Assembly (NCBI GenBank): GCA_963833225.1 | Contig: CAWHXD010000008.1 | Coordinates: 544,001 to 608,000 of the forward strand | Length of the DNA: 64,000 nucleotides | Direction of reading: 5' to 3' | Source: an uncultured Chloroflexia bacterium | GTDB lineage: Bacteria; Chloroflexota; Limnocylindria; Limnocylindrales; CSP1-4 | Part shown: piece by piece, positions 20,121-28,567 of the stretch | How the letters are laid out: every line of letters begins with the position of its first letter | Numbering within the stretch: position 1 is the first letter of the stretch | Position numbers and translations under genes: made by a program | The notes under the pieces: model-generated | The model's database searches: none | Told to the model about the DNA's origin: nothing | What the model saw: the letters and a program-made list of their open reading frames with translations, nothing else

Positions 20121-22173
20121 CTATTCACCGCGCGGCGTCGCCACCGCCAGCGCGAACGGGAGCACGGGACCCGCGCCATGCTCGCGGAGGAGCGAACCCG
20201 GCCACGGTCAGCGTCCAGCGGGAGTCCACCAGGTCGTCCACGAGCAGGACTGGCCGCCGACGGACCGCCGCGGGGACCACCCCCAGCCGGGAGCGCGCGT
20301 TCGCCGCCTGCGTCGCGGAGTTGGCCATCGCGGACTGGGGCTTGCCATCGGCCGAGGTCAGACACGGCGCGAACGGGAGCGCCAACGCGCTCGCGAGCCG
20401 CCGCGCGAACGCCTCCACGGAGCCCGGACGGGCAGCGGACGGCACACACGTGACCCATTCCGGCATCGGGCTCGGACGCCATCGGCCGCGGATCACCTCC
20501 ATCGCCGCACCCGCGAGATGGTCCTCGAACCGCACATCCGGCCCGGGACCCGCCCGGAGCCCCCGGGCCACGTCCCTCCCCCACCCCGGGTCGCCCAGGA
20601 TGCACAGCGCCCGCCCGATCTCGTTGGGCTTCGCGATCTTGCCGCCCTCCGGCCACTGCCGCCGCGGGTCGATGGCCCGCACGTCCCGTCGGAGGTATGC
20701 GACCGCCTCCTGGACCAGCGCCGGCGACACGGACCGCGGCCAGCGGACCCCGCCGTCGTTCGCGCAGTGCCCGCAGTCGGCGGCCGAAGGATCGTTGAGC
20801 AGCCGGCCCAGGAACGCCATCCGGCAGCCATCGGTGTCGACGTAGTCGCGCATCGACGCCAGCTCCCGCCGCCGCGCCTCCAGCACGCCCGCCACCCACG
20901 CCTCGTCCTGCTCCCAGGGCTCAGCCGTCCGGACGAAGCGGCCGCGGTCGCGAGCCACCGCGCCGTCCACCTCGAGCAGCTTGAGCGCCTTCTCGATCTG
21001 GCCGTACGGCAGGTTCACCGATGCCTGGAGGGAGCGGATCGTGGCCGAGTCGGTCGCCTCGAGCGCCGCCAGGATCTCGCGCATCCGCGCCGCCGGCGGG
21101 AACGCCGTCGCGAGGAAGTACTCCGCGATCGCGTCGTCCTCGCGCCCCGACAGCAGGATCCCGAACGCGTTCTCCACCGCGCGCCCGGCCCGGCCCACCT
21201 GCTGGTAGTAGGCAATCGGCGACCCCGGCCGCTGGTAGTGGACGACGAACCCGAGGTCCGGCTTGTCGAAGCCCATGCCCAGGGCCACCGTGGCCACCAG
21301 CGCCTTGAGCCGGTTCGCCAGCAGGTCCTGCTCCAGCGCCTCGCGCTCGGCCGGGTCCATGTCCGCGTTGTACGGCTGGGCGTCGATCCCCTGCCCGCGC
21401 AGCCAGCCCGCCACCCGCTGCGTGTCCGCGACCGTGAGGCAGTAGACGATCCCGGCCCCGGGCATACCGGGCAGGTGCTCCGCGAGCCAGGCCAGGCGCT
21501 CCGCCTGGTCCCGGAGCGGGATCGCGTCGAGGTGGAGCGTGTCGCGCGCCAGCGGCCCCCGGATGACGGACACGTCATCACCCAGCTGGCGGGCCACGTC
21601 CTCGACCACGCGATCGTTCGCCGTCGCCGTCGTTCCGAGCACCGGCACGTCGGGGCCAAGCGACGGCAGGAGGCGGCCGATGCGGCGGTAGTCCGGCACG
21701 AACTCGTGGCCCCAGTCGCTGATGCAGTGCGCCTCGTCCACCACGAACATGCCGATCGAGCGCCGGATTCCGGGCAGGAGGCGGGCGTTGAAGTCCGCGT
21801 TCGCGAACCGCTGCGCGGACACGAACAGGACATCGATCCGGTCCGCCGCCAGGTCATCCTCGATCGAGGCCCAGTCATCGCGGTTGGCCGAGTTGATCGT
21901 CACCGCGCGCAGGCCCAGGCGGTCCGCCGCCTCGATCTGGTTGCGCATCAGCGAGAGGAGCGGGCTGACCACCAGCGTGGGGCCGTGTCCCTGGTCCCGG
22001 CGGACCCGGGTGGCGATCCAGTAGACCAGCGACTTCCCCCAGCCCGTGCGCTCCACCACCAGCGTCCGCGAGCCGTCGCGGACCACCGCCTCGATCGCCT
22101 GACGCTGGCCTTCGCGGAACGCCGCCCCGGGGCCGAACATCGTCTCGAGGTGGGCGCGGATGGCGTCGGTCAT
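20121..22173 (-). CDS. RecQ-family helicase with C-terminal phosphoribosyltransferase-like domain (RqlH-like); 1-nt frameshift near 20195
   Basis: TGWGKS, DEAHCISDWGH, ATVALGMGFDKP, YYQQVGRAGR, Zn site C...CGHCAND, PRPP loop VLLVDDLVDSRWTL. Confidence 0.9.
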
Positions 22174-22272
22174 CGAAGGAGTATGCGGCCGACGCGGGTG
22201 GGGGCCGCTCCGCGGGTCCATGCATCCGCTCGGCCATCTTGCCAGCAACCCAGCATCCTGTATGCTCGGGCG

Positions 22273-22527
22273 ATGAAGGTGACCCTCGACATCGACGCAG
22301 ACCTGTACCGCTCGCTCAAGGTGGAGGCGGCTCGCACCGATCGGACCGTGCGCGAGATCGTGACCGACGCCATCTCGGACTGGCTCGAGAACCGCGAGGA
22401 GGCCGAGGATCGCGCGTCGGCGGCCGAAGCGCTGGAGGAGTACCGGCGGGACGGCGGGACCGCGGCGGAGGCCTTCTTCGAGCACCTGGCGGCCGAGACG
22501 AAGGCGACGTACGGGTCGGACGGTTGA
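22273..22527 (+). CDS. RHH/CopG-type antitoxin
   Basis: MKVTLDIDADLYRSLKVEAA...VREIVTDAI with acidic C-terminus; TATGCT-N6-ATG; upstream of a RelE gene. Confidence 0.8.
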   Translation: MKVTLDIDADLYRSLKVEAARTDRTVREIVTDAISDWLENREEAEDRASAAEALEEYRRDGGTAAEAFFEHLAAETKATYGSDG

Positions 22528-22802
22528 AGCCGGGCGGTCCTCCGTACAGGGTGGACCTCTCCCCCGCCGCGGCCAGGCAGCTCCGCAGGCTGCCGCCCGG
22601 TGAAGCCGCGCGCCTCCGGGGACCGATCCTTGCCCTTGGCCTCGAGCCGCGACCACCGGGCGCCACGAAGCTCGTGGGGAGTGATTGGTGGCGGCTTCGC
22701 GTGGGCGACCTGCGCCTCATCTACGCGATCGATGACGAGCGGCACCTCGTGGTGATCCTCCGCGCGGCGCGCCGCAACGAGGGCACCTACCGGCGGCCGT
22801 AG
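22524..22802 (+). CDS. relE: RelE/ParE family toxin
   Basis: YRVDLSPAAARQLRRL...PRPPGATKL...WRLRVGDLRLIYAIDD; TTGA overlap with the antitoxin. Confidence 0.9.
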   Translation: MKPGGPPYRVDLSPAAARQLRRLPPGEAARLRGPILALGLEPRPPGATKLVGSDWWRLRVGDLRLIYAIDDERHLVVILRAARRNEGTYRRP

Positions 22803-22845
22803 CCAGGTTCGGCAACGCCCCGGCGGGCGACCCCCTCTGCCGCGG

Positions 22846-23223
22846 TCAGGCCCCGACGGTCTTCACGCCGTACCGGGCGAACACCGGGTCCCGGGTCACG
22901 ACGACCCCACCGACACGCTCGGCCTGGGCGACCAGCATCCGGTCGAACGGGTCGCGGTGATGCGGCTCGAGGCCACCCGCATGGACACCGTCGGCTGCCG
23001 TCACGGGAAGCTCGGCGAACCCGGCCGCTTCGATCGCCTCGACCAGGGTGGGCGGTGCTTCCAGCTTGCCAAGAGCCCGCTTGATCGAGATCTCCCACAC
23101 CGTCGCCGCACTGACCAACACGTCGTTCGCGGGGTCCGCGATACGCGTCCGCGCCTCCGTGCTCAGCCCGGCGTCATCCGCCAGCCACCAGAGCAGTGTG
23201 TGCGCGTCCAGCAGCAGCTTCAT
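22846..23223 (-). CDS. vapC: PIN-domain toxin VapC
   Basis: LLLDAHTLLWW, VSAATVWEISIK, HRDPFDRMLVAQA, VTRD. Confidence 0.93.
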   Translation of the reverse strand: MKLLLDAHTLLWWLADDAGLSTEARTRIADPANDVLVSAATVWEISIKRALGKLEAPPTLVEAIEAAGFAELPVTAADGVHAGGLEPHHRDPFDRMLVAQAERVGGVVVTRDPVFARYGVKTVGA

Positions 23224-23453
23224 GCCTCGAACGCATCGAGCAGGTCAGGCGGCGTCTCATCGAAGTCCGGAGCGATGCGGACGAACCCCCGCCACAGCCC
23301 CGGCTCCCGGCGCCGTGTCCGCGCTGCGAGCGGCACGAGCCGCGCCACCGGTCGGCCGGCACGGGCGATGAGGATCTCCTCGCCCGCCTCCGCTCGCTCG
23401 ACGAGGCGCGACAGGTGGGTCTTCGCCTCGTGCATGTTCACGAGGTCCGGCAT
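23220..23453 (-). CDS. Phd/YefM family antitoxin
   Basis: VNMHEAKTHLSRLVERAEAGEEILIARAGRPVARLVP. Confidence 0.93.
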   Translation of the reverse strand: MPDLVNMHEAKTHLSRLVERAEAGEEILIARAGRPVARLVPLAARTRRREPGLWRGFVRIAPDFDETPPDLLDAFEA

Positions 23454-23478
23454 GGGCATCGACTCCCGACTGGCGGTG

Positions 23479-23502
23479 GACTTAGTCCGACTTAGTCTAG
23501 TC
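23479..23502. promoter_or_regulatory. Tandem palindromic operator of the phd-vapC operon
   Basis: gacttagtc-c-gacttagtc-tagtc, 26-49 nt upstream of the antitoxin start. Confidence 0.6.
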
Positions 23503-23577
23503 ACATGCACTGCCGTTGGCAAGACTGGACGAGGCGGGATCAGGCGGAGAGCCCGGGCTGGGAGAGGCGAGCGGCCG

Positions 23578-23739
23578 CTATCTACGCCCAATCCCGGATT
23601 GTGCCGCTCCGATCGCGGCTCCAATGACGACTCCCACGCCGATCCCGACTCCCGCGTTGTCGGTCGCAACTCCCATGGCCGCACCGATCACGATGCCCAT
23701 GGCCACCCAGATCCCCATGACCTTCGATCGCTTGTCCAT
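23578..23739 (-). CDS. 53-aa glycine-zipper membrane peptide (below ORF-track cutoff)
   Basis: MDKRSKVMGIWVAMGIVIGAAMGVATDNAGVGIGVGVVIGAAIGAAQSGIGRR; TATGCT-N7-ATG. Confidence 0.7.
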   Translation of the reverse strand: MDKRSKVMGIWVAMGIVIGAAMGVATDNAGVGIGVGVVIGAAIGAAQSGIGRR

Positions 23740-23803
23740 GAGGGGGAGCATACGTCCGGTCCGCCGGGCGCCGGCATCGCGCCGGCGCTACACGACCTGC
23801 GGC

Positions 23804-24736
23804 TCAGCCGCTGCCCGTGATCCGGTCCCAGGCCTCCTGCATCAGCTGCGGCGTGGCGGTGCCCGGGATGTGGGATGAGCCGTTGGCGAGCCGGTCGATG
23901 CGATCGTCGCCCTCCATCGCGTGCATCGACTCCTCGGGCGTGTGCCAGCCCGAGAGGTCCCGCGCCTGGCGCGTCACGCGCATCATCCGGCGGAAGATCG
24001 TCCTGTCCGGCTCGGTACCCCACTTCGCTTCCTGGGCCTCGTTGGTCGGCTGGTCGCCCTCCGGGCGCATCGGCGCCGGGAGCCGGCGCTTGAACGCCGC
24101 CCAGGCCGCCGCCTGCGCCTGCTCCACCGTGGCGCCCGTGAAGTCGTCGCCCGCCGCCATCGCGTTGATGACCGACTCCACGCGACCCCTCGTCATCTCC
24201 CACGCGCGGTCGGTGTCGGCCACGTGCTCGTTCTCGCCCACGAGCAGCTTCGCCGACCAGTCCTCGGTCACCTCCAGGATCTGGTTCCCGCGACCGTACT
24301 TGCCAATGCGATGGCGGCCCGGCGCCGGCCACCAGACCTCGTGGTGCGGCGGGGTGAGGTGGACGCTCCCGGGCTTCACGTGCCATGTCGTGTCCACCTG
24401 CTCCGTGTGCGCGATGCGGAACAGCGGCGCATCGGCCCCATAGCTGGTGCGCGTCAGGCCGCGGTTGCCGGGCCCGCTCGCGTCCATCAGGGCTCGGAGG
24501 CCGCCGGGCGGCGGCTGCTGGCGGTCCGTCCGGGTGAAGCCCAGGAGCTGGGCCGTGGCCGCGTTGCCCGCCGAGGCCTGGAGGTCCGCCGCGAGCCCGA
24601 TCCGCGACCCGAGGTCAAGGTCCGACGCGGCTCCGGCGCGGGCCGCCAGACTCGCGGGTACAGGGCGCGGCGAACGATGGGCGCCGGCCAGCGGCTCCTG
24701 GGCGTCGAGACGCCGAGCGCGGGTGCTACCGCGCAT
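23804..24736 (-). CDS. Hypothetical protein with LQxxAGNxAxxxLL motif
   Basis: About 310-aa ORF with a protein-like composition; LQASAGNAATAQLL and GENEHVAD motifs. Confidence 0.65.
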   Translation of the reverse strand: MRGSTRARRLDAQEPLAGAHRSPRPVPASLAARAGAASDLDLGSRIGLAADLQASAGNAATAQLLGFTRTDRQQPPPGGLRALMDASGPGNRGLTRTSYGADAPLFRIAHTEQVDTTWHVKPGSVHLTPPHHEVWWPAPGRHRIGKYGRGNQILEVTEDWSAKLLVGENEHVADTDRAWEMTRGRVESVINAMAAGDDFTGATVEQAQAAAWAAFKRRLPAPMRPEGDQPTNEAQEAKWGTEPDRTIFRRMMRVTRQARDLSGWHTPEESMHAMEGDDRIDRLANGSSHIPGTATPQLMQEAWDRITGSG

Positions 24737-24797
24737 CACGTCGGAGTCGTTCGAGGGCGACAACGACGTCGTCGTCGAGCGTCACGGTCCTTCTCAT
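24726..24797 (-). pseudogene. Truncated CopG/VapB-type antitoxin fragment
   Basis: MRRTVTLDDDVVVALERLRRDAR*, coupled by TGATG to the DUF2442 stop; resembles MRTTVTLDDDV-type antitoxin N-termini. Confidence 0.5.
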
Positions 24798-25126
24798 CAG
24801 TGCGCCCGGTCCCAGGACTGGCGCCGATCGACCGGAGGCCGGGGCCGCAGGACGGCGGCAGGTCGTCGGTCTTGCTCGTCCGTCGGGGTTGGACCGTCCC
24901 AGATCAGCGTTTCCGGGGCGATGTCGAGCTCGCCCGGCCACACGAGCGTCCCGTATTCGACCCTGACCTGGGCGAATAGGTCGTCGTCCCGAGCAAGCTG
25001 CCCCAGGAGCGGACCATCCAGCAGCGCGGACAGGTCGCGTTCGACCTCCGTCCCGTCTGAGAGGGTGAGGCGAACGCGTCGGCCGTGGATCGGCTGAACG
25101 GCGCGGATCTCGATCATGTGCGTCAT
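24797..25126 (-). CDS. DUF2442 domain protein
   Basis: VRLTLSDGT...DL...LFAQVRVEYGTLVWPGELDIAPETL. Confidence 0.88.
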   Translation of the reverse strand: MTHMIEIRAVQPIHGRRVRLTLSDGTEVERDLSALLDGPLLGQLARDDDLFAQVRVEYGTLVWPGELDIAPETLIWDGPTPTDEQDRRPAAVLRPRPPVDRRQSWDRAH

Positions 25127-25127
25127 G

Positions 25128-25394
25128 CTACTCAAGCGGTGCAATCGGCTCCAGCGGCAACTGGTCCCGTGCCCGCTGCCAGTCGTCCGTCAGTGCGCTA
25201 CGGTGGAGCTCCGCCCAGGATCGAACAAGGGCCAGCGCTCGGGGCGGCAATAGACCAGCCAGGAGCATTCCGTCGACGGTGATCGACGCACGATCCTCGC
25301 CGTACCGCGCGAGGAAGTGCGGCGGCGGATGGTCGTCATAATTGGTGGTGATCACGATCCCGTAGAAACGGGCGACTTCCGGCACGGTGGCCAC
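25128..25394 (-). CDS. DUF4160 domain protein
   Basis: PEVARFYGIVI...DHPPPHF...LVRSWAELHRSAL...W...IAPLE. Confidence 0.9.
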   Translation of the reverse strand: MATVPEVARFYGIVITTNYDDHPPPHFLARYGEDRASITVDGMLLAGLLPPRALALVRSWAELHRSALTDDWQRARDQLPLEPIAPLE

Positions 25395-25442
25395 GGTAGA
25401 GGCCGTCGCTCACCTGCCGCTTGCCAGCGCCTCCTGCCGAGA

Positions 25443-26306
25443 TCAGTCTCCCGCGACCAGCCGCTCCACGTCCCCGCCCACGTTGTCGATCCGGTACAGG
25501 CGCGTCTGCGGGTGGAGCATCGAGCGCAGCTCATCGCTGACCTCGGGTGATCCCCGATCGATTCCCTCCGCGAGGAGCTCCACCGGGAGCACGTGCCCAA
25601 ACCCGTCCTCGATCCCCAGGTCCAGGCGGTCCCATCGATAGCTCCCGGCCACGCGGAAGACCGACAGCTTGCCCCACACCGGCAGGTGCGGCGCCAGGAC
25701 GAGATCGTCGACCTGGACGCCGTCCGGCTCGGCTGTCCGCATCCGGAGCGACCGCCGGGCGAGCTGCTGCTCGTCACTGAGCGGCTTGTCGCGGCGGATC
25801 CGCTCGGCGATCACGTCGAGGTCCTGGCTGTCGTCCCAGCCCCAGCCCTGGCGCAGGTTGCCCTTCGCCGCCTCCGACCAGATCAGCTCCCGGCGCCCGG
25901 GGCTCGTGCGCATCACCCAGTAGTGCCGACCCGTGACCCCCGGCAGCCCGTGGATCTTCCTGGCAAGGGTGACCGACTGTGGTCGCTTCGTCGCTCGCCC
26001 GCCCCTCGACACCACCCCCAGGCCCTGGAGCGCGACATCGATGTCGCCCCCGACCCCCGGTGCCAGGTCCTCGCGATCCACCGCCTTGAGCTCCGCCACG
26101 ACGGCATCCCGGTTCTCGGCGTCGCGCCCGATCCGCTCCAGCACGCGCACCGCGAACGCCGCGAGCCGCGGGTCCGCCAGCCAGTCGGTCAGCTCATCGA
26201 TCGCGGCCTCCCCGTGGGCGGCGATCGAGTCGCGGAGCTCGATGCGATCGAGCGGGTCGGCGGTGCGCGCGCGTTCAAGCAGCTGGTCGAGAGCGGAGGA
26301 GTCCAT
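25443..26306 (-). CDS. Helical-repeat N-terminus + PUA/EVE-like (Mrr-associated) domain protein
   Basis: YWVMRT...LRQGWG...VQVDDLVLAP...FRVAGSYRW...HVLPVE resembles domains fused to Mrr/McrB nucleases; GATACT-N6-ATG. Confidence 0.6.
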   Translation of the reverse strand: MDSSALDQLLERARTADPLDRIELRDSIAAHGEAAIDELTDWLADPRLAAFAVRVLERIGRDAENRDAVVAELKAVDREDLAPGVGGDIDVALQGLGVVSRGGRATKRPQSVTLARKIHGLPGVTGRHYWVMRTSPGRRELIWSEAAKGNLRQGWGWDDSQDLDVIAERIRRDKPLSDEQQLARRSLRMRTAEPDGVQVDDLVLAPHLPVWGKLSVFRVAGSYRWDRLDLGIEDGFGHVLPVELLAEGIDRGSPEVSDELRSMLHPQTRLYRIDNVGGDVERLVAGD

Positions 26307-26692
26307 GTGACAAGTATCTACCTGCACGGAGGCGGGTGCTGAGGGCGACGCCGCCTTGTTGCGGTCTGCGGGCTACCGGCCGGGTCCGGCGCAAGTCATC
26401 GGTGAGAGCGCCACCCTGCCGTGGGCCTTGGCGTCGCCGCTCATGTCGAACACGCTGGGACCACACCCTTCTGACCGCTCGGCTCAGCCGGCGTGAGGAG
26501 TCTCACTCCAATCCCACCACTCGCGGGGACGCTCCTGCCTGCGGTCGACGTGCGCACTCGGTTCGAGTCAGCCGGTCGGCCAGGGAAGCCCTGATGGCCA
26601 TTGACAGACGCTCGATCCTCGCCCAACCGCGCTGCAAGCGAGACGGGGGTGACCCAAACGAGCGTAATCCGCGCTTCCCGGACTATGTACCG

Positions 26693-27139
26693 CTACAGGC
26701 TCGCCTTGCGTCGTCTTTGGGCGATCTCGAAGGCCAAGGCGCCGGCACGGACCGTCGCGTGGGGACGGATCTCGTGTTCCCAGATGATGATCGTCTCGAT
26801 TCCAAGTCTCTCGAGCTCCGCTTCGGCGCGACGGTCTCGCTCAAGGTTCTCCTCGAACTTCTGTCGCCAGAACTCAGCGTTCGCCTTAGGCTCGGGGAGA
26901 CGACACATCGAACACCGATGCCAGAAGCAACCATGGAGGAAGACGGCGAGGTGGAGGCGTGGGAAGTACATGTCCGGTCGACCGGGAAGTCGAGGTTGCA
27001 CACGGTAGCCGCGAATTCCGGCAGCCCATGCCGCCCTACGAAATCCAAGTTCCTGACGTGAGGTGGATCGGGTAGCGCGCATGGTTGCCAACGCGTTGGC
27101 TGAGCTTGGAGCGGGCCGTGCCCTACCCGATGACATCAT
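26693..27139 (-). CDS. vsr: Very-short-patch repair endonuclease
   Basis: LPGRPD, FLHGCFWH, NAEFWRQKFEENLERD, IIWEHE. Confidence 0.93.
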   Translation of the reverse strand: MMSSGRARPAPSSANALATMRATRSTSRQELGFRRAAWAAGIRGYRVQPRLPGRPDMYFPRLHLAVFLHGCFWHRCSMCRLPEPKANAEFWRQKFEENLERDRRAEAELERLGIETIIIWEHEIRPHATVRAGALAFEIAQRRRKASL

Positions 27140-28567
27140 CCGACGGCTTCGCGATCCCAGAACCCTGCAGCCCCGTCGACAGCCCCGTGATACCCGCGTC
27201 GGCCGCCATCCGGATTGCGAACACGGGCCCAGCCTGCTCCACGATCGCCCGTGCCAGCCAGCCGACCTGCGGCACGACCACGGCGTTGCCGAACTGTCTA
27301 TACGCTTGGCGAGAGCTGTGGGGAACGACGAAAGCCCGCTTCAGGTGCGGCGGTACGAAACCCATCAAGCGAGCACACTCTGCTGGGGCTAGGCGGCGGC
27401 AGGGAGCTTTGCCCTCTTCCTGCATCTCCTCGGGCAACCGGATGAGGATCTCGGCACCGTCCTTGTAGTACCGAGCACTGAGCGTCCTAGTTGGCCTTCC
27501 CATCGGCGCGATCGAGTATCCGAAGCCGTTTGACTGAGCTTCGTGCCATGCCCTGTGCTTCTCCAGCGCCGCCCAGACTCCCGGCGTCAGTCGGTGGGTT
27601 TCCAACACATCTCGGTCGTGCTCAGGAACTCTTCGGACAGGCCGACCACGCGAGACGGTGACTCGGGGAACTCGAATGGCCGATCGAAGAGGTCGCGCCT
27701 CAAGGCGACAATGAATACTCGTCGCCGATCCTGAGGGACCCAATGCTTGCCGCTGATAACACGATGCTGCACCCAGTACCCGCTCCGGATGAGTCGACGC
27801 CTGATCACCCGGAAGGTCCGGCCTTTATCGTGCGACTCCAGGTTCCGAACGTTCTCGAGAAGAAGTACGGGCGGCATGACGTCAAGGCGCGCTGTCCTCC
27901 CCAGGAGTCGTTCCCCTTCCCTCGCTAGGGCGACCTCGTATGCGTCGGACTCCGTGGCTTCGCGCTCGAGCTCCTTTTGCTCGAGGTTCCACGGGCCGCC
28001 GATGAGGCGGACGATCTCGAAGAAGAGGTTGCCTGAGACTGGGTCGTGGAACCCATGAGACCTCTTGACGAGCTCCTCGTCCACTGTCTGGTTGGCCGCC
28101 CTCAGACTCTTCCGCTTCAGATCCTCCTTCTTCACAACGCCAGCGAGACTGAACGGCTGACAGGGGAACCCCGCCGCAAACAGGTCGTACGCACCGAAAT
28201 CCTCGGTTTCGACGTCCTGCACTCTCAGAGGCTCCACAGCGTTCCAGTTCGCGCTGTACGTGCGGCAGGCAGGCACGTCCTTCTCGACCGTGAACACGCA
28301 GCGGCCATCGGCCATCTCCAGACCAGCACGCATTCCCCCGATCCCGGCGAATACGTCGACGAAACGGAACCTTGGCTGCAGAGATGGTGTGCTCAGGTCG
28401 ACCGTGCGTGCCGGATCGGCGGGCTTGAGGGCTCGGGCCACCACGGCGTCCACATTCACCTGCCCAGGATACTGCGTGGAGGTGACTGACGGGCTCCTGC
28501 GCGTCGCCCGGACGGCGACGATGCGTCCCGGAGCGACTGAGCCACGAATCTGCCCACTACGACCCAT
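27123..28567 (-). CDS. dcm: DNA (cytosine-5) methyltransferase, Dcm/M.EcoRII-like (frameshift near 27620-27660)
   Basis: FAGIGG, GFPCQPFSLAG, ENVRNL, PQDRRRVF, GFGY, TRTLSARYYKDGAEILI, AYRQFGNAVVVP; start position uncertain. Confidence 0.9.

Noticed and set aside
26540-26585. tRNA-like GGTTCGAGTC near the island edge
   Set aside because: No T-stem pairing, acceptor stem or anticodon arm can be formed.
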